Below are positions 30,320 through 41,676 of a stretch of 64,000 bases of DNA, in pieces. Source of the DNA: Methanobacteriota archaeon (GTDB lineage Archaea > Methanobacteriota > Methanobacteria > Methanobacteriales > Methanobacteriaceae); contig JAEYPF010000020.1 of assembly GCA_023411115.1 (NCBI GenBank), forward strand, positions 10,052 to 74,051, read 5' to 3'. The notes below the pieces were generated by a model that had not been told where the DNA came from, did no database searches, and saw nothing but the letters and a program-made list of their open reading frames with translations. The position numbers were made by a program, and so were the translations under genes. Every line of letters starts with the position of its first letter. Positions within the stretch are counted from its first letter, which is position 1.

Positions 30320-32269
30320 TTGAAAACAGTTGTTACAGCGTGTACTCGAGATTGTACAGGAGCATGCAGCATCATAGCAAGCGTAGAAAATGGAAAAGTT
30401 ACTAAATTGCGCGGAAACAAAGGACATGATGTAACTGCAGGATTTTTATGTAAAAATACATCTCATTATCTTGATAATTATTTTTATAGCAAGAACAGAA
30501 TTCTCCATCCTCTTTTAAAAGAAAATGGGGAATGGAAAAGAATAAGCTGGGATGAAGCGCTGGATATTGCAGCTTCAAAGATTACTTCCGTTATTGAAAA
30601 GTATGGAAGTTCAGCAATTCTATATTATCAGGGATTTGGCGCCCGTACAGCCCTCCAGGCAATGAACAGGAGATTTTTTAATTTGCTCGGGGGAGTAACA
30701 ACCACATACGGTACAATATGTGGGGGAATAGGCCATACCGCCATGGAAATGGATTTTGGGGTTAAAATATCCCACGATCCCATTGATCATCTCAATAGTA
30801 ATTTTATAATTATCTGGGGAAGAAACCCTGCAGTAACAGACGTGCACCTATGGCGAATTTTAAAAAAAGCCAAGAGAAATGGAACCAAATTGGTGGTAAT
30901 AGATCCTGTAAAAACAAAAACTGCAAAGCATGCTGATATATTTATTCAGCCGGCGCCAGGCTCAGACCATTATCTTGCAATGGCCCTTGCTAGAATCATT
31001 TTAGCAAATGATCTAGTAGATCATGCTTTTATAGGAAATTATACCAAAAATTTCGGTTCATACAAACAAATACTGGATAATTATTCCCTCAAATATTTGG
31101 CCAATAAATGTTGTATTGATGTTACAGAAATAGAAGAACTGGCATTTGCATATGCAAATGGTAAACCATCCAGTATCATCACAGGATGGGGGCTTCACAG
31201 ATACATACAGGGACATCTTGCTTTTCGCATGATCGATGCTCTTGTTGCTGTAACTGGAAATATTGGGGTTTCAGGAGGGGGTGTAAGCCAGGGATTTGAA
31301 GAATTTGAATACTTTGATTTTTCTGTAGAACTGGAAGATCTTGGAAAAAACCAGAGAAAGCTTTCTATGCCTCAAATTGGTGAGGCTATCTTAAATACGG
31401 ATAATCCTCCTATTAAACTCATATTTTTAGCTTCAGGAAACCCTGTCAATTTAAATCCTAACTCTTTGAAGGTTAAACAAGGTTTTAAAAGTGCAGATTT
31501 TGTTATTATGATAGATCACTTCTTAAATGATACATCAGACAGTGCAGATCTATTCCTTCCTGCAACTACATATCTGGAAGAAGAAGACTTAATTGGGAGT
31601 TATGGCCATAACTGGGTATCTCCAATAAATCCTGTAGTTCATCGTCAAGGAGAAGTAAAATCTGAATTTGAGATATTCCAACTTCTTGCAGAAAAATTGG
31701 GGGTCATTGATAAAATATCAGGAAGTGCTAAACATTGGCTTAAAAAACTGGCAGCGCCTATATTAAATCAGGGTATAAATTTTGAAGAATTACAGAAGTC
31801 TCCCCAGAGGATGATTCCCTCTTCTAAAATACCCTTCAGCGACAAGAAATTTAAAACAAAATCAGGATGTTTTGAGTTTATTGCAGAATTTTCACCCCAA
31901 AATACTGATCTTAAAGAGTACCCATTAAAACTACTCTCGACAATGGCAGAAGACTTTGTAGGGTCTGTAATTCCAGAAAATGAAATGGAAGATGGATTTC
32001 TTGTTGTTCATGTTCATCCAGATATTTTAAGTGAAAAAAATCTGTCAGATGGAGATAAAGCACTACTTGAATCACCAGTTGGAAACCTTGTTGTTGAAGT
32101 AAAGGAAGACAATGAAGTCAGAAAGGATTATATCCTTACCTATAAGGGAGGATGGTTAAAATATAATAAATGTATAAATGTTTTAACTCAGGATATGATC
32201 AGTGAAATTGGAGAGGGAACTCCTTACTATGATACTAGAGTTAGAATAAAAAGATTTAGAGATATTTAA
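30320..32269 (+). CDS. Cytoplasmic molybdopterin (bis-MGD) oxidoreductase family protein, substrate unknown
   Basis: 649 aa. The N-terminal Fe-S motif is CTRDCTGAC...FLCKN, followed by typical MopB blocks ([30 protein letters not shown]) and a C-terminal beta-barrel. There is no twin-arginine leader. The start is TTG, 6 nt after RBS aggtgg. Confidence 0.8.
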   Translation: MKTVVTACTRDCTGACSIIASVENGKVTKLRGNKGHDVTAGFLCKNTSHYLDNYFYSKNRILHPLLKENGEWKRISWDEALDIAASKITSVIEKYGSSAILYYQGFGARTALQAMNRRFFNLLGGVTTTYGTICGGIGHTAMEMDFGVKISHDPIDHLNSNFIIIWGRNPAVTDVHLWRILKKAKRNGTKLVVIDPVKTKTAKHADIFIQPAPGSDHYLAMALARIILANDLVDHAFIGNYTKNFGSYKQILDNYSLKYLANKCCIDVTEIEELAFAYANGKPSSIITGWGLHRYIQGHLAFRMIDALVAVTGNIGVSGGGVSQGFEEFEYFDFSVELEDLGKNQRKLSMPQIGEAILNTDNPPIKLIFLASGNPVNLNPNSLKVKQGFKSADFVIMIDHFLNDTSDSADLFLPATTYLEEEDLIGSYGHNWVSPINPVVHRQGEVKSEFEIFQLLAEKLGVIDKISGSAKHWLKKLAAPILNQGINFEELQKSPQRMIPSSKIPFSDKKFKTKSGCFEFIAEFSPQNTDLKEYPLKLLSTMAEDFVGSVIPENEMEDGFLVVHVHPDILSEKNLSDGDKALLESPVGNLVVEVKEDNEVRKDYILTYKGGWLKYNKCINVLTQDMISEIGEGTPYYDTRVRIKRFRDI

Positions 32270-32477
32270 CAGTCGGAAATTTAATATTATCTTCTTTTTT
32301 ATTTAATTAGAATTATCTTGCCTATTTTTTTCATAAATAAAAGTTATTAGAATTTATTTTTTAAATTAATAACTTATTAATTTTATGATTAAATTTATCA
32401 AAAATTATATACATGTGATATTACAAAATAGAAGTTAACTATGTAATTACTTGCAAAAGTGGAAAGAGGGTTTAAAT

Positions 32478-33368
32478 ATGGATGAAATAGTAATGAAAGG
32501 AATGGGTTGGTTACGTGATCTCCCGGATAGGAGAGATTTGACACTGGACATCGAAAAAAATAAAAATAAAGGAATAAAAGACATGGTAAAAGGATTAGGC
32601 ATTGCAGAACCTGTTAGCGATGTTCAATCTAGTGTAGACTTGAGTAAAGACTGTTCTCCTATAGAAGACCAGATGCAGATTGGATCATGTACTGCAAATG
32701 CAGGAGTGGGAATGTTAGAATATTTCGAGCGCAAAGCCTTTGGTAAACACATAGATGCATCCAGATTGTTCCTGTACAAAGCCACAAGAAACTTGATGCA
32801 GGTTACTGGAGATACCGGTGCCTATCTCAGAAGTATGATGGGTGCTATGACAATATTTGGGGTTCCACCTGAAAAATACTGGCCTTATACAGACAAGAAA
32901 CCTGATTTTGATAAGGAACCTCCTGCATTCTGCTATGGATTTGGAGAGAATTATAAGGCAGTTCAGTATGTCCGATTAGATCCCGAAGGTACACCTAAAG
33001 ATGTGCTTTTAGATAGAATAAAAACAAATTTAGCTGCAGGGTTACCTTCTGTATTTGGGTTTACAGTTTATGATTCTATATGGCAGGCTAAAGATGGTAA
33101 AATTCCTTATCCATGCGCTAATGAAAAAGTGGATGGAGGACACGCTATAGTGTCAGTAGGATACGATGACAGCCTCAAGATCAAGAATCCTGGATGTGAT
33201 ATAGAAACTACTGGCGCATTCTTAATTCGTAATTCATGGGGAATTAAGTGGGGAAATAAAGGATACGGCTGGTTACCGTATGATTATGTGTTGAAAGGAC
33301 TGGCAGATGACTGGTGGACCATTCTTAGGGCCGAATGGATTGAAACAGGACAGTTCGGACTTGAGTGA
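32478..33368 (+). CDS. Papain-fold (C1 family) cysteine peptidase, no signal peptide
   Basis: The catalytic set is present: Gln/Cys in EDQMQIGSCTANAG, His in GGHAIVSVGYDD, Asn/Trp in IRNSWGIKWGNKGYGWLPY. The N-terminal GWLRDLPDRRD is typical of prokaryotic C1-like peptidases. I prefer the ATG at 32478 (RBS agagggt) to the TTG at 32451. Confidence 0.85.
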   Translation: MDEIVMKGMGWLRDLPDRRDLTLDIEKNKNKGIKDMVKGLGIAEPVSDVQSSVDLSKDCSPIEDQMQIGSCTANAGVGMLEYFERKAFGKHIDASRLFLYKATRNLMQVTGDTGAYLRSMMGAMTIFGVPPEKYWPYTDKKPDFDKEPPAFCYGFGENYKAVQYVRLDPEGTPKDVLLDRIKTNLAAGLPSVFGFTVYDSIWQAKDGKIPYPCANEKVDGGHAIVSVGYDDSLKIKNPGCDIETTGAFLIRNSWGIKWGNKGYGWLPYDYVLKGLADDWWTILRAEWIETGQFGLE

Positions 33369-33421
33369 GGGCTTTAGATCCAATTTATTTTTTTTAATTA
33401 GAAAGTCCATATAATATTATA

Positions 33422-33706
33422 ATGACTGAAGAAATGAAAGTGAAGTTAGGGAAGGAATTCGCCATATATCTGGAAGCTAATCCTACCACTGGCTATGACT
33501 GGGAAGCAGAATTTGATGAAAGCATTTTAAAATTAAAGGATAAATATTTTGAGCCAGATCTTCCTGCTGCAGTAGGTGGTGGAGGTAAAGATAAATTTGT
33601 ATTTTTACCTGTTAAAACTGGAAGAACAAATATACTAATGCTTTATAAACGACCGTGGGAAAACAAACCTTTAAAAGAAAAAGTATTTCAAATTTTTATA
33701 GGATAA
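33422..33706 (+). CDS. Chagasin-family (I42) cysteine-peptidase inhibitor, no signal peptide
   Basis: 94 aa carrying all three chagasin loop motifs: NPTTGYDW, VGGGG (GxGG) and RPWE. Confidence 0.85.
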   Translation: MTEEMKVKLGKEFAIYLEANPTTGYDWEAEFDESILKLKDKYFEPDLPAAVGGGGKDKFVFLPVKTGRTNILMLYKRPWENKPLKEKVFQIFIG

Positions 33707-33742
33707 AAACTTATTAAAATAAATTAAATGAAAGATTAAGAA

Positions 33743-34846
33743 TTATCTTTCCCTTTTACCTTCAATGAACTCATTCACCATTTCATACGCTTTTTCATCT
33801 ATGAACTGCTCTGGTGGATGTTTCATTGTGTAAGCTGAAATTGAGGTTAGCTGACCGCCGATTCCACGATTAAGGGCCAGTTTGCAGCATCGAATCGCGT
33901 CTATAACACATCCTGCAGAATTCGGCGAATCTTCCACACTGAGCCTTAATTCTATGTTCATGGGTACATCACCAAAGGTTTTACCTTCCATTCTAAGGAA
34001 ACATAGCTTATTATCCTTTTGCCATGGAACATAATCACTTGGGCCGATGTGAATATCAGGATCATCAAGCCTTTCTGCAAGCACAGACTGCACTGCTTCT
34101 GTTTTTGATTCTTTTTTTGAGTCAAGGCGATCTCTGTTTAACATGTTAAGGAAATCAGTGTTTCCTCCGGTATTCAACTGGTATGTCCGTTCTAATTTTA
34201 CTCCCCTTTCGCGGAATAGATTAGCTAGTGTTCTGTGGGTAATTGTAGCGCCTATTTGGGCTTTTATGTCGTCTCCAATTGCAGGTATTCCCTTTTCTTC
34301 GAATTTTCTGGCCCATTCTGGATCACTTACAATGAAAACAGGCATGCTGTTTATAAATGCAACGCCGGCATCAAGGGCGCACTGTGCATAAAACCGTACT
34401 GCTTTTTCTGAGCCTACTGGAAGATAATTAACCAGTATTTCGGCCCCACTTTCCTTTAAAATGCTTACAATATCAGATTCTTCTTCATCAGCTACTACAA
34501 ATGTATAATCATCATCATATTTGCTCATGTGGGGAGCAACACCATCCAGAACGTGACCCATAGATACTTTAACTCCTATTTCTGGAATTTCAGGACAGAA
34601 AACTGTTGTACAGTTTGGTTTTGCAAAAATAGCTTCACTTACATCTTTACCTACCTTCCTTTTGTCTATATCGAAGGCAGCAACCACTTCTATGTCTGAT
34701 GCAGCGTAATCCCCAATTAATGGATGCATTAATCCAATGGCATCTTCTGGATCCTTATTTTTATAATAATGAATTCCCTGTATTAATGAACTTGCACAAT
34801 TACCAAGTCCAATTATCGCTATTTTTATCTTCTCCAAATATAACAC
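33743..34846 (-). CDS. myo-Inositol-1-phosphate synthase (archaeal type)
   Basis: 367 aa with a Rossmann N-terminus (IAIIGLGNCASSLIQGIHYYK), plus NSMPVFI, GDDIKAQIGAT and QLNTGGNTDF. Confidence 0.87.
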   Translation of the reverse strand: MLYLEKIKIAIIGLGNCASSLIQGIHYYKNKDPEDAIGLMHPLIGDYAASDIEVVAAFDIDKRKVGKDVSEAIFAKPNCTTVFCPEIPEIGVKVSMGHVLDGVAPHMSKYDDDYTFVVADEEESDIVSILKESGAEILVNYLPVGSEKAVRFYAQCALDAGVAFINSMPVFIVSDPEWARKFEEKGIPAIGDDIKAQIGATITHRTLANLFRERGVKLERTYQLNTGGNTDFLNMLNRDRLDSKKESKTEAVQSVLAERLDDPDIHIGPSDYVPWQKDNKLCFLRMEGKTFGDVPMNIELRLSVEDSPNSAGCVIDAIRCCKLALNRGIGGQLTSISAYTMKHPPEQFIDEKAYEMVNEFIEGKRER

Positions 34847-35171
34847 CCTCTAAAACACTATTAAAACTGCTGATGTGTTTATCAATATTATTTAAAATTA
34901 ATATCAAACTTTATTTTATTATTTATTCTTATTTTCTTCCTCAAATAATTAGATTCTCTTTAAAAAAGGTTTAGCTTTATTATATTATTAAATGTTTCGA
35001 TCGACCTATTGGTGATTATTAGAATTAATAACTATTTAAATTCAACTAAAAGAGTTATAAATATAAAAAATTTCAAACCAATATTTTTAAGCATTCAATA
35101 TGGCTTTTATACTTAAATAATTTTAATTTGAGAAATTTTAAATGCGTGAGAAATAAAGAGTATTTGAATAT

Positions 35172-35609
35172 TTAATAAATTCCAAAACTCATAAGTCCCA
35201 GAAAACCAGCTGCTGTAAGAGCTGCACTCCATATAACAATTCCAATGCTCATCCAGATTAACAATGGTTTCTTTTCGGCCCCTAAGGCAATTCCTAGTGC
35301 AGCCCCAATTGGTGCACCGAAAAGTAGCGGTGATAAGAATCCTAATCCCACTATACCATATTTATTCCAGATTCTATAATATCTGCTGTCTTTTAGATCT
35401 TTATTTTCGCCATAACGCCACTTTATGACTCTTTCTCGGATATTATCTCCAAGGGTTGAAACTAAAAAAGCAGCAAAGATAGCCCCTAAAGCTGATGCAG
35501 TTCCAATAACTACTGGATTAAGATTAATGGCCAGTCCAAGTGGAATAGCTGCCCACAATTCTAAAATACCTGCTCCAAAAACCATTAATGTACCTATTAT
35601 TACATCCAT
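35172..35609 (-). CDS. Small membrane protein, putative small multidrug export family
   Basis: 145 aa with 4 helices. ILELWAAIPLGLA resembles the E-x-x-x-IP signature of that family. Confidence 0.45.
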   Translation of the reverse strand: MDVIIGTLMVFGAGILELWAAIPLGLAINLNPVVIGTASALGAIFAAFLVSTLGDNIRERVIKWRYGENKDLKDSRYYRIWNKYGIVGLGFLSPLLFGAPIGAALGIALGAEKKPLLIWMSIGIVIWSAALTAAGFLGLMSFGIY

Positions 35610-35719
35610 TTTATAACCTGCAAAATTTGATTATAATCTGAATAGTAACTTGGTTTATTTAAAGTTCACTGAAAAAAAATAGAAATTTAAAAGGAGTTAA
35701 GAATTCATTAAACCATTAT

Positions 35720-36022
35720 TTACAATTTCCGTTGTTTAAGTTCCTTATCTCGCGTGCAGTAGAAGTTGTATTTAACTCCAATCCCATATTCCTGTGCAAA
35801 CGGACAGGTAGGGCACATGCATCCCCTTTCTTTATCAATACATTCTGCACTTTTTCCAAGTACACAGAAGAGCTTTTCTCCAGCTTTGCTAGCACATTCT
35901 GTATAGGTTGGGCAAATTGGACATATACAGTCTTCTTTCATTTTATTTATGGCAGTATTTTTATCTTCTTCAGACATTCCATCTAATTCATTGAGTTTTT
36001 CTTCAAATTTGTCCATTTTCAT
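35720..36022 (-). CDS. Cys-rich DUF2769-like protein
   Basis: 100 aa with CICPICPTYTEC ... FCVLGKSAEC ... CMCPTCP ... YCTR. Confidence 0.5.
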   Translation of the reverse strand: MKMDKFEEKLNELDGMSEEDKNTAINKMKEDCICPICPTYTECASKAGEKLFCVLGKSAECIDKERGCMCPTCPFAQEYGIGVKYNFYCTRDKELKQRKL

Positions 36023-36040
36023 TCACTCCCAATAATATCT

Positions 36041-36997
36041 CTAAATCACGGCTATTGCCCAGTAAACAAATAGCCACCAAATCAATACAAGTATTGTTGT
36101 ACTGACAATGGGTATTTTTCCAAATTCCATTTTTGACATTTTAGAACTTACATGCCAGCTTAAAATAATCGCTATTACAAGTATTAAGCTGTTTACAAGC
36201 CCTACTATGTTCAGGGGATCTTTGGACATGACATAGATCCATACAATGGCGGTTACAGCTATTCCAAACCACATCATTGGCCTGAACCATTTAAGCGCTT
36301 CACCAAACTTCACAATTGTATCGGTGAGTTCAGGAGATTTCCTTGCCATTACCGTCATTACGAAAAGCACCATTATGGTTCCAAGAGCCAGTATAATACC
36401 AAAAAATTCTAAAAACAATGTAGTAACAGGTTTACCAAATATCTGCTCTTTAAGCAGGGGTATTACTATAAGAGCTTTGATGGATTCATCTGCAGGGAAA
36501 GATTCTATATTGCCAATTGCTATTGAATATTTACCTGTATTGTTTGCATTAAACACTTTGATGTAGTATGTTCCAGCAGGGACATTTTGGGTAAATTCTG
36601 GCCCTTGAAGGTAATAATCTCCTCCAAACTCCTCAAACATAGGTGTCCAGTTTGTATTTGTTCCATTAAGCAGAGCTATAGTTTTTCCAGAGGAATCGGT
36701 TATCTGTGCAGAGACGAAATCACCGCTAATACCTGGACTCTGGGGTACAAGGATATTAACGTACAATTTAAATGGTTTATCTGATGTTATTTTATAATAA
36801 TCTGGTTGGCCGTTTAAATTCCCATAAAACGCCTGTGATATCTCTGGATTTTGCACTATAATAGGATTATTCATAGTGCTGTTTATACCTGCCTCTAATC
36901 GGGGCTGATGCGCACTTACAACGCAAATAGACAAAAACAAAACAAGTATTATGATTAAAAACTTTAATCCGAGATTTAATTGTTTTTGACCAGTCAT
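36041..36997 (-). CDS. Membrane protein with an extracytoplasmic N-terminal domain and a C-terminal helical bundle
   Basis: 318 aa. A signal/anchor (LKFLIIILVLFLSICVVSA/HQP) is followed by a soluble domain of about 170 aa and then 4-5 helices. I recognise no family. Confidence 0.5.
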   Translation of the reverse strand: MTGQKQLNLGLKFLIIILVLFLSICVVSAHQPRLEAGINSTMNNPIIVQNPEISQAFYGNLNGQPDYYKITSDKPFKLYVNILVPQSPGISGDFVSAQITDSSGKTIALLNGTNTNWTPMFEEFGGDYYLQGPEFTQNVPAGTYYIKVFNANNTGKYSIAIGNIESFPADESIKALIVIPLLKEQIFGKPVTTLFLEFFGIILALGTIMVLFVMTVMARKSPELTDTIVKFGEALKWFRPMMWFGIAVTAIVWIYVMSKDPLNIVGLVNSLILVIAIILSWHVSSKMSKMEFGKIPIVSTTILVLIWWLFVYWAIAVI

Positions 36998-37157
36998 GCT
37001 ATATTTTATGTACTTAATATTAAATAAAAATTTCTAGTATATCTACGACTTATTCTATGGAATTAAATGCGCTCGAATTTTGGTTTTTAAATGGTTTTTA
37101 AGCTTAAAAAGAAATATCGTAAATTTTTTATAATATATTCTACATTTTAAATATTAT

Positions 37158-37697
37158 ATGTCTGAAATATCAAGCGTCGAAACAGCTATATTGGGCCTGC
37201 TTTATGAGCATCATCATTACGCATATAGGCTTGAAGAAATCATAGAAAAAAGATCAATGCGTAATTGGGCAGATTTAGAATTTTCATCCATAGATCCTGT
37301 TCTTAAAAGGCTCGAAGAGCTGAATTTAGTTAAAAGCGAAATGAGAGAAGACAAACCTTCTGTAAAGGTTTATTCAATAACAGATGAAGGCAGAACTGTC
37401 TTGATTGAAAAAATTAAGAAACTCATATCTGAAAAAAGCAGAGTAATTTATCCATTTGACCTGGGAATTGCAAATATAAACTTTTTAAGCCGTGAAGAAA
37501 AAATTTCAAGCCTTGAATTATATTTAAAATCTTTAGAAGAACGTATTGGATTTCTTGATAATTCAATAAAAGTACAGGAAAAAAATAATGTTCCATACAA
37601 TTTTATTGCTATTTTTAGCCGATCAAGTGCCCTTTTGAAAGCTGAAAGGGAATGGGTAAAAGAGTTCATTAAAAAGATTGAAGAAAATGAAATATAA
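37158..37697 (+). CDS. PadR-family transcriptional regulator (long form)
   Basis: 179 aa with AILGLLYEHHHYAYRLEEII...VLKRLEELNLVKSEM...KVYSITDEGR. It is a paralog of 44806..45354. Confidence 0.8.
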   Translation: MSEISSVETAILGLLYEHHHYAYRLEEIIEKRSMRNWADLEFSSIDPVLKRLEELNLVKSEMREDKPSVKVYSITDEGRTVLIEKIKKLISEKSRVIYPFDLGIANINFLSREEKISSLELYLKSLEERIGFLDNSIKVQEKNNVPYNFIAIFSRSSALLKAEREWVKEFIKKIEENEI

Positions 37698-37882
37698 AGT
37701 GAATTTAAACTAATAACATATTTAACTGGCTAATAACTCTTATTTTTAAAAATATAATTTTAATTTTATTTTGAAATTAAAATTAGGTTACTTATCACAT
37801 CAAAACCTTTTTTTATTGCATATTCCATGCCCATAATATTGTCTAGATGCTTAAAAACAATTTTTTATTCAAAAATTAGAAG

Positions 37883-38455
37883 TTATATGTCTTTATCCTG
37901 CTCTGCAATACAAAATCCACATACCGCACCAGGATTATTCTTTTGATTCTCTTTTACAGGGCATAAATAAATTCCATTTTCATATTTAACTTTAAAACCA
38001 CCAGGAAAAGGAGTTCCAGGAGGATGGACCGCTTCTTCTAAAATAAAAGTTGTATAGATTGACATTATTTTGTAAATCTTAAAGAAATTAGGATCGAACC
38101 CTTCACCAGCATTTACTTGGATTTCCTGTTCATTTAAAAGATATACTGCTTCTTTAAGTTTTTCACAATCCACATGGCCTTTATATTCTTCTTTATCATC
38201 TTTAAGAACTTTAAGTCTTGTAATAAATGCTTCGGTGTATGATTTAAGATACTCTTCCCTGTAGCTTCCCTGCACATATTTAGCATCTTCACTTAAAAAG
38301 ATAGAAGCTTTCATTATATCAATTATACATATATTAGATGCCTCTATTTTTAAAATTGCCATCAATTGATTTTTATTTGATTCTTTAACTGAAGCAATAT
38401 CTTTTAACATAGAAACCATTTGTTTATTTTTATCAATCATGAATATTTGCCACAA
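37883..38455 (-). CDS. Hypothetical protein, possibly the archaeal UPF0305/DUF2115-like family
   Basis: 190 aa. The C-terminal block HPPGTPFPGGFKVKYENGIYLCPVK...CGFC is shared with the ORF at 57427..57885. The family name is from memory only. Confidence 0.35.
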   Translation of the reverse strand: MWQIFMIDKNKQMVSMLKDIASVKESNKNQLMAILKIEASNICIIDIMKASIFLSEDAKYVQGSYREEYLKSYTEAFITRLKVLKDDKEEYKGHVDCEKLKEAVYLLNEQEIQVNAGEGFDPNFFKIYKIMSIYTTFILEEAVHPPGTPFPGGFKVKYENGIYLCPVKENQKNNPGAVCGFCIAEQDKDI

Positions 38456-38626
38456 ATTTCACTTATGGCTCAGAGCTTCTTTTTGTATTTATTATATTAA
38501 AAATACTACATTTGCTCCGTTTCTTCCTATCCTCTTCTACTGCTTTTTCAAATTCCTTTTCATGCTCCGGTGTTACTGGCATCCATATCCACAACCTTTT
38601 GGTTCACTAATTCATAAAAGTGGGAT

Positions 38627-39949
<1,323 letters not shown>

Positions 39950-39971
39950 AAAATTTCCTCCAAATATTGTT

Positions 39972-40628
39972 CTATTTAAGCGCCTCTTCAAAAGCATCTC
40001 TGTGAAAACCGGATGCCATTTCTTTTTTACAATCTTCATCTGAAAACAGCCTCAATTTAGCAGCCCTACAAGGATAATGTTGTAATTTAAGACCAGCTTC
40101 CATAGGAATATTTTCTAAATCATCGCTACCAAAATATTTATCCGAGATGTAATCAACCACAAATGTTGTCGAACCACAGGGAGAAGACCGGACAACATCA
40201 ATAATAGCAATTTTACCATCTTCAAGTGTTATGTCTACTTTAGGCTTCCCTATTTTAGATGTAAACTCATCATATACTTCGTTACCGTTTTCTTCTAATT
40301 CACACATGATATATGGGCAAGTTACGTTTTCATATCTTTCTAACTGGTTTTTGAATCCTTCACCTCTCCATGCAGCGACAATTATGTAATCTACATCTTT
40401 GTTAACCATATCAACAATGTCTAAGGTAAGATCAGGGTGTTGAGTATAGGTTATTAAGATGTTTGCTTGTTTTATCTTTGTTAATGCATCTGGGGGAATG
40501 TCTATTTCATCCATAAACATTGATGTAGGTTGTTCAAGTTCAACGAACTCTGTATTGAATTCCTTTTTTATGTTTTCAAATGCTCTTTCACCGTATGGTC
40601 CATCTGTAGCTATTACAACGTTTAACAT
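39972..40628 (-). CDS. Hypothetical protein (possibly DUF166/COG1810-like)
   Basis: 218 aa from ATG 40628 (RBS ggag), which avoids overlap with ars[19 protein letters not shown] ... PCGST ... HYPCRA. The family assignment is tentative. Confidence 0.35.
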   Translation of the reverse strand: MLNVVIATDGPYGERAFENIKKEFNTEFVELEQPTSMFMDEIDIPPDALTKIKQANILITYTQHPDLTLDIVDMVNKDVDYIIVAAWRGEGFKNQLERYENVTCPYIMCELEENGNEVYDEFTSKIGKPKVDITLEDGKIAIIDVVRSSPCGSTTFVVDYISDKYFGSDDLENIPMEAGLKLQHYPCRAAKLRLFSDEDCKKEMASGFHRDAFEEALK

Positions 40629-40641
40629 TTCTTCAACTCCA

Positions 40642-41139
40642 TTATTTACATGAGAATTCTTTATCAATTGGCCTGCAGCATCCTTCCATCTCTTCTAAAT
40701 TACAGCACCTGTCCTCGGGTAACATATATGAATAGTATAAATCTTCTATCCAGAATTTTAATTCATCCCTAACTTTTTTGAATAATTCTAATTTCTCTTC
40801 TTCAGTACCTTCAAATGCTGCTGGATCTTCAAATGGTTGCTTGAAGTATTTTTTACCTCCGGCAAAGAAAGGACATGCGTTATATTGATTTCCACAAACA
40901 GTTATAACATACTGGAATTCTTGGCCTTCAAATTCCTTTAAACTTTTAGATCTATGATTAGAGATGTTTATCCCAATTTCTTCCATAGCTTTTATTGCTA
41001 AAGAGTCTACTTTTTGGGGGTCGCTCCCTGCACTGTAAACATCAAAATTATCTCCATATAAATCCCTGAACAGCCCTTCTGCCATTTGAGATCGGGCTGC
41101 ATTATGTATGCACATGAATAAAACTCTTTCTTTTGCCAT
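40642..41139 (-). CDS. arsC: Arsenate reductase, thioredoxin-coupled LMW-PTP type, with a Cys-rich C-terminal extension
   Basis: 165 aa with the P-loop CIHNAARS and the Cys82/Cys89 equivalent VCGNQYNAC. The extra tail is RCCNLEEMEGCCRPIDKEFSCK. Confidence 0.85.
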   Translation of the reverse strand: MAKERVLFMCIHNAARSQMAEGLFRDLYGDNFDVYSAGSDPQKVDSLAIKAMEEIGINISNHRSKSLKEFEGQEFQYVITVCGNQYNACPFFAGGKKYFKQPFEDPAAFEGTEEEKLELFKKVRDELKFWIEDLYYSYMLPEDRCCNLEEMEGCCRPIDKEFSCK

Positions 41140-41286
41140 TTAGATCACCTTTATATTTTAATTAAATAGATGTTTTATCCCGATTTGATCAGTTGATCAA
41201 GCCTATACAATGTTAAATGTTGCCTGAGGAATGGAGAGGTAGCAACGCGACGAACTTTGTATTTTCCCACCCACAAACATCTGTAT

Positions 41287-41673
41287 TTAATCTATAAGCT
41301 CACTAATTTTCTTTTTCATTACTAAAACACACTTTTCCCCATTTTCATCAAGTCTGACGGGATCAGTAGGCTTTAAATTTTCCAAGTCTAGTTCTTCCTG
41401 GGCATTAATAATTTTTGCAACTTTAACGCCTTTTTGTCCAAGTATTTTGTCAACACAAGACCCTTCGCACCCATTGATTGCGATAATAGGATATTTTCTA
41501 ATTAACTCTCTGAATCCTTCTCTATCTGCAGAGGTTGCACCCATACAGATAGATATAATGTCATCACGTTCTTTGACTGTGTCCGTACTGGCTGCCCTTG
41601 TAATTAGACCGTAAGGGCTCATTCCACTACATGGAGCTAAAGCATATTTTTTCTCATTTGCCATAATTATCAC
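41287..41673 (-). CDS. DGC-domain-like putative metal-binding protein
   Basis: 128 aa with APCSGMS ... ISICMGA ... INGCEGSCV. This Cys pattern resembles that of DGC-domain zinc-binding proteins. Confidence 0.5.
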   Translation of the reverse strand: MIIMANEKKYALAPCSGMSPYGLITRAASTDTVKERDDIISICMGATSADREGFRELIRKYPIIAINGCEGSCVDKILGQKGVKVAKIINAQEELDLENLKPTDPVRLDENGEKCVLVMKKKISELID

Positions 41674-41676
41674 CGT

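Noticed and set aside
30320-32269. Possibility that the molybdopterin enzyme is a selenocysteine-containing formate dehydrogenase or a Tat-exported respiratory reductase.
   Set aside because: The reading frame is uninterrupted with no in-frame TGA. The protein starts directly with the Fe-S Cys motif, leaving no room for a twin-arginine leader, and no partner subunit genes are adjacent.
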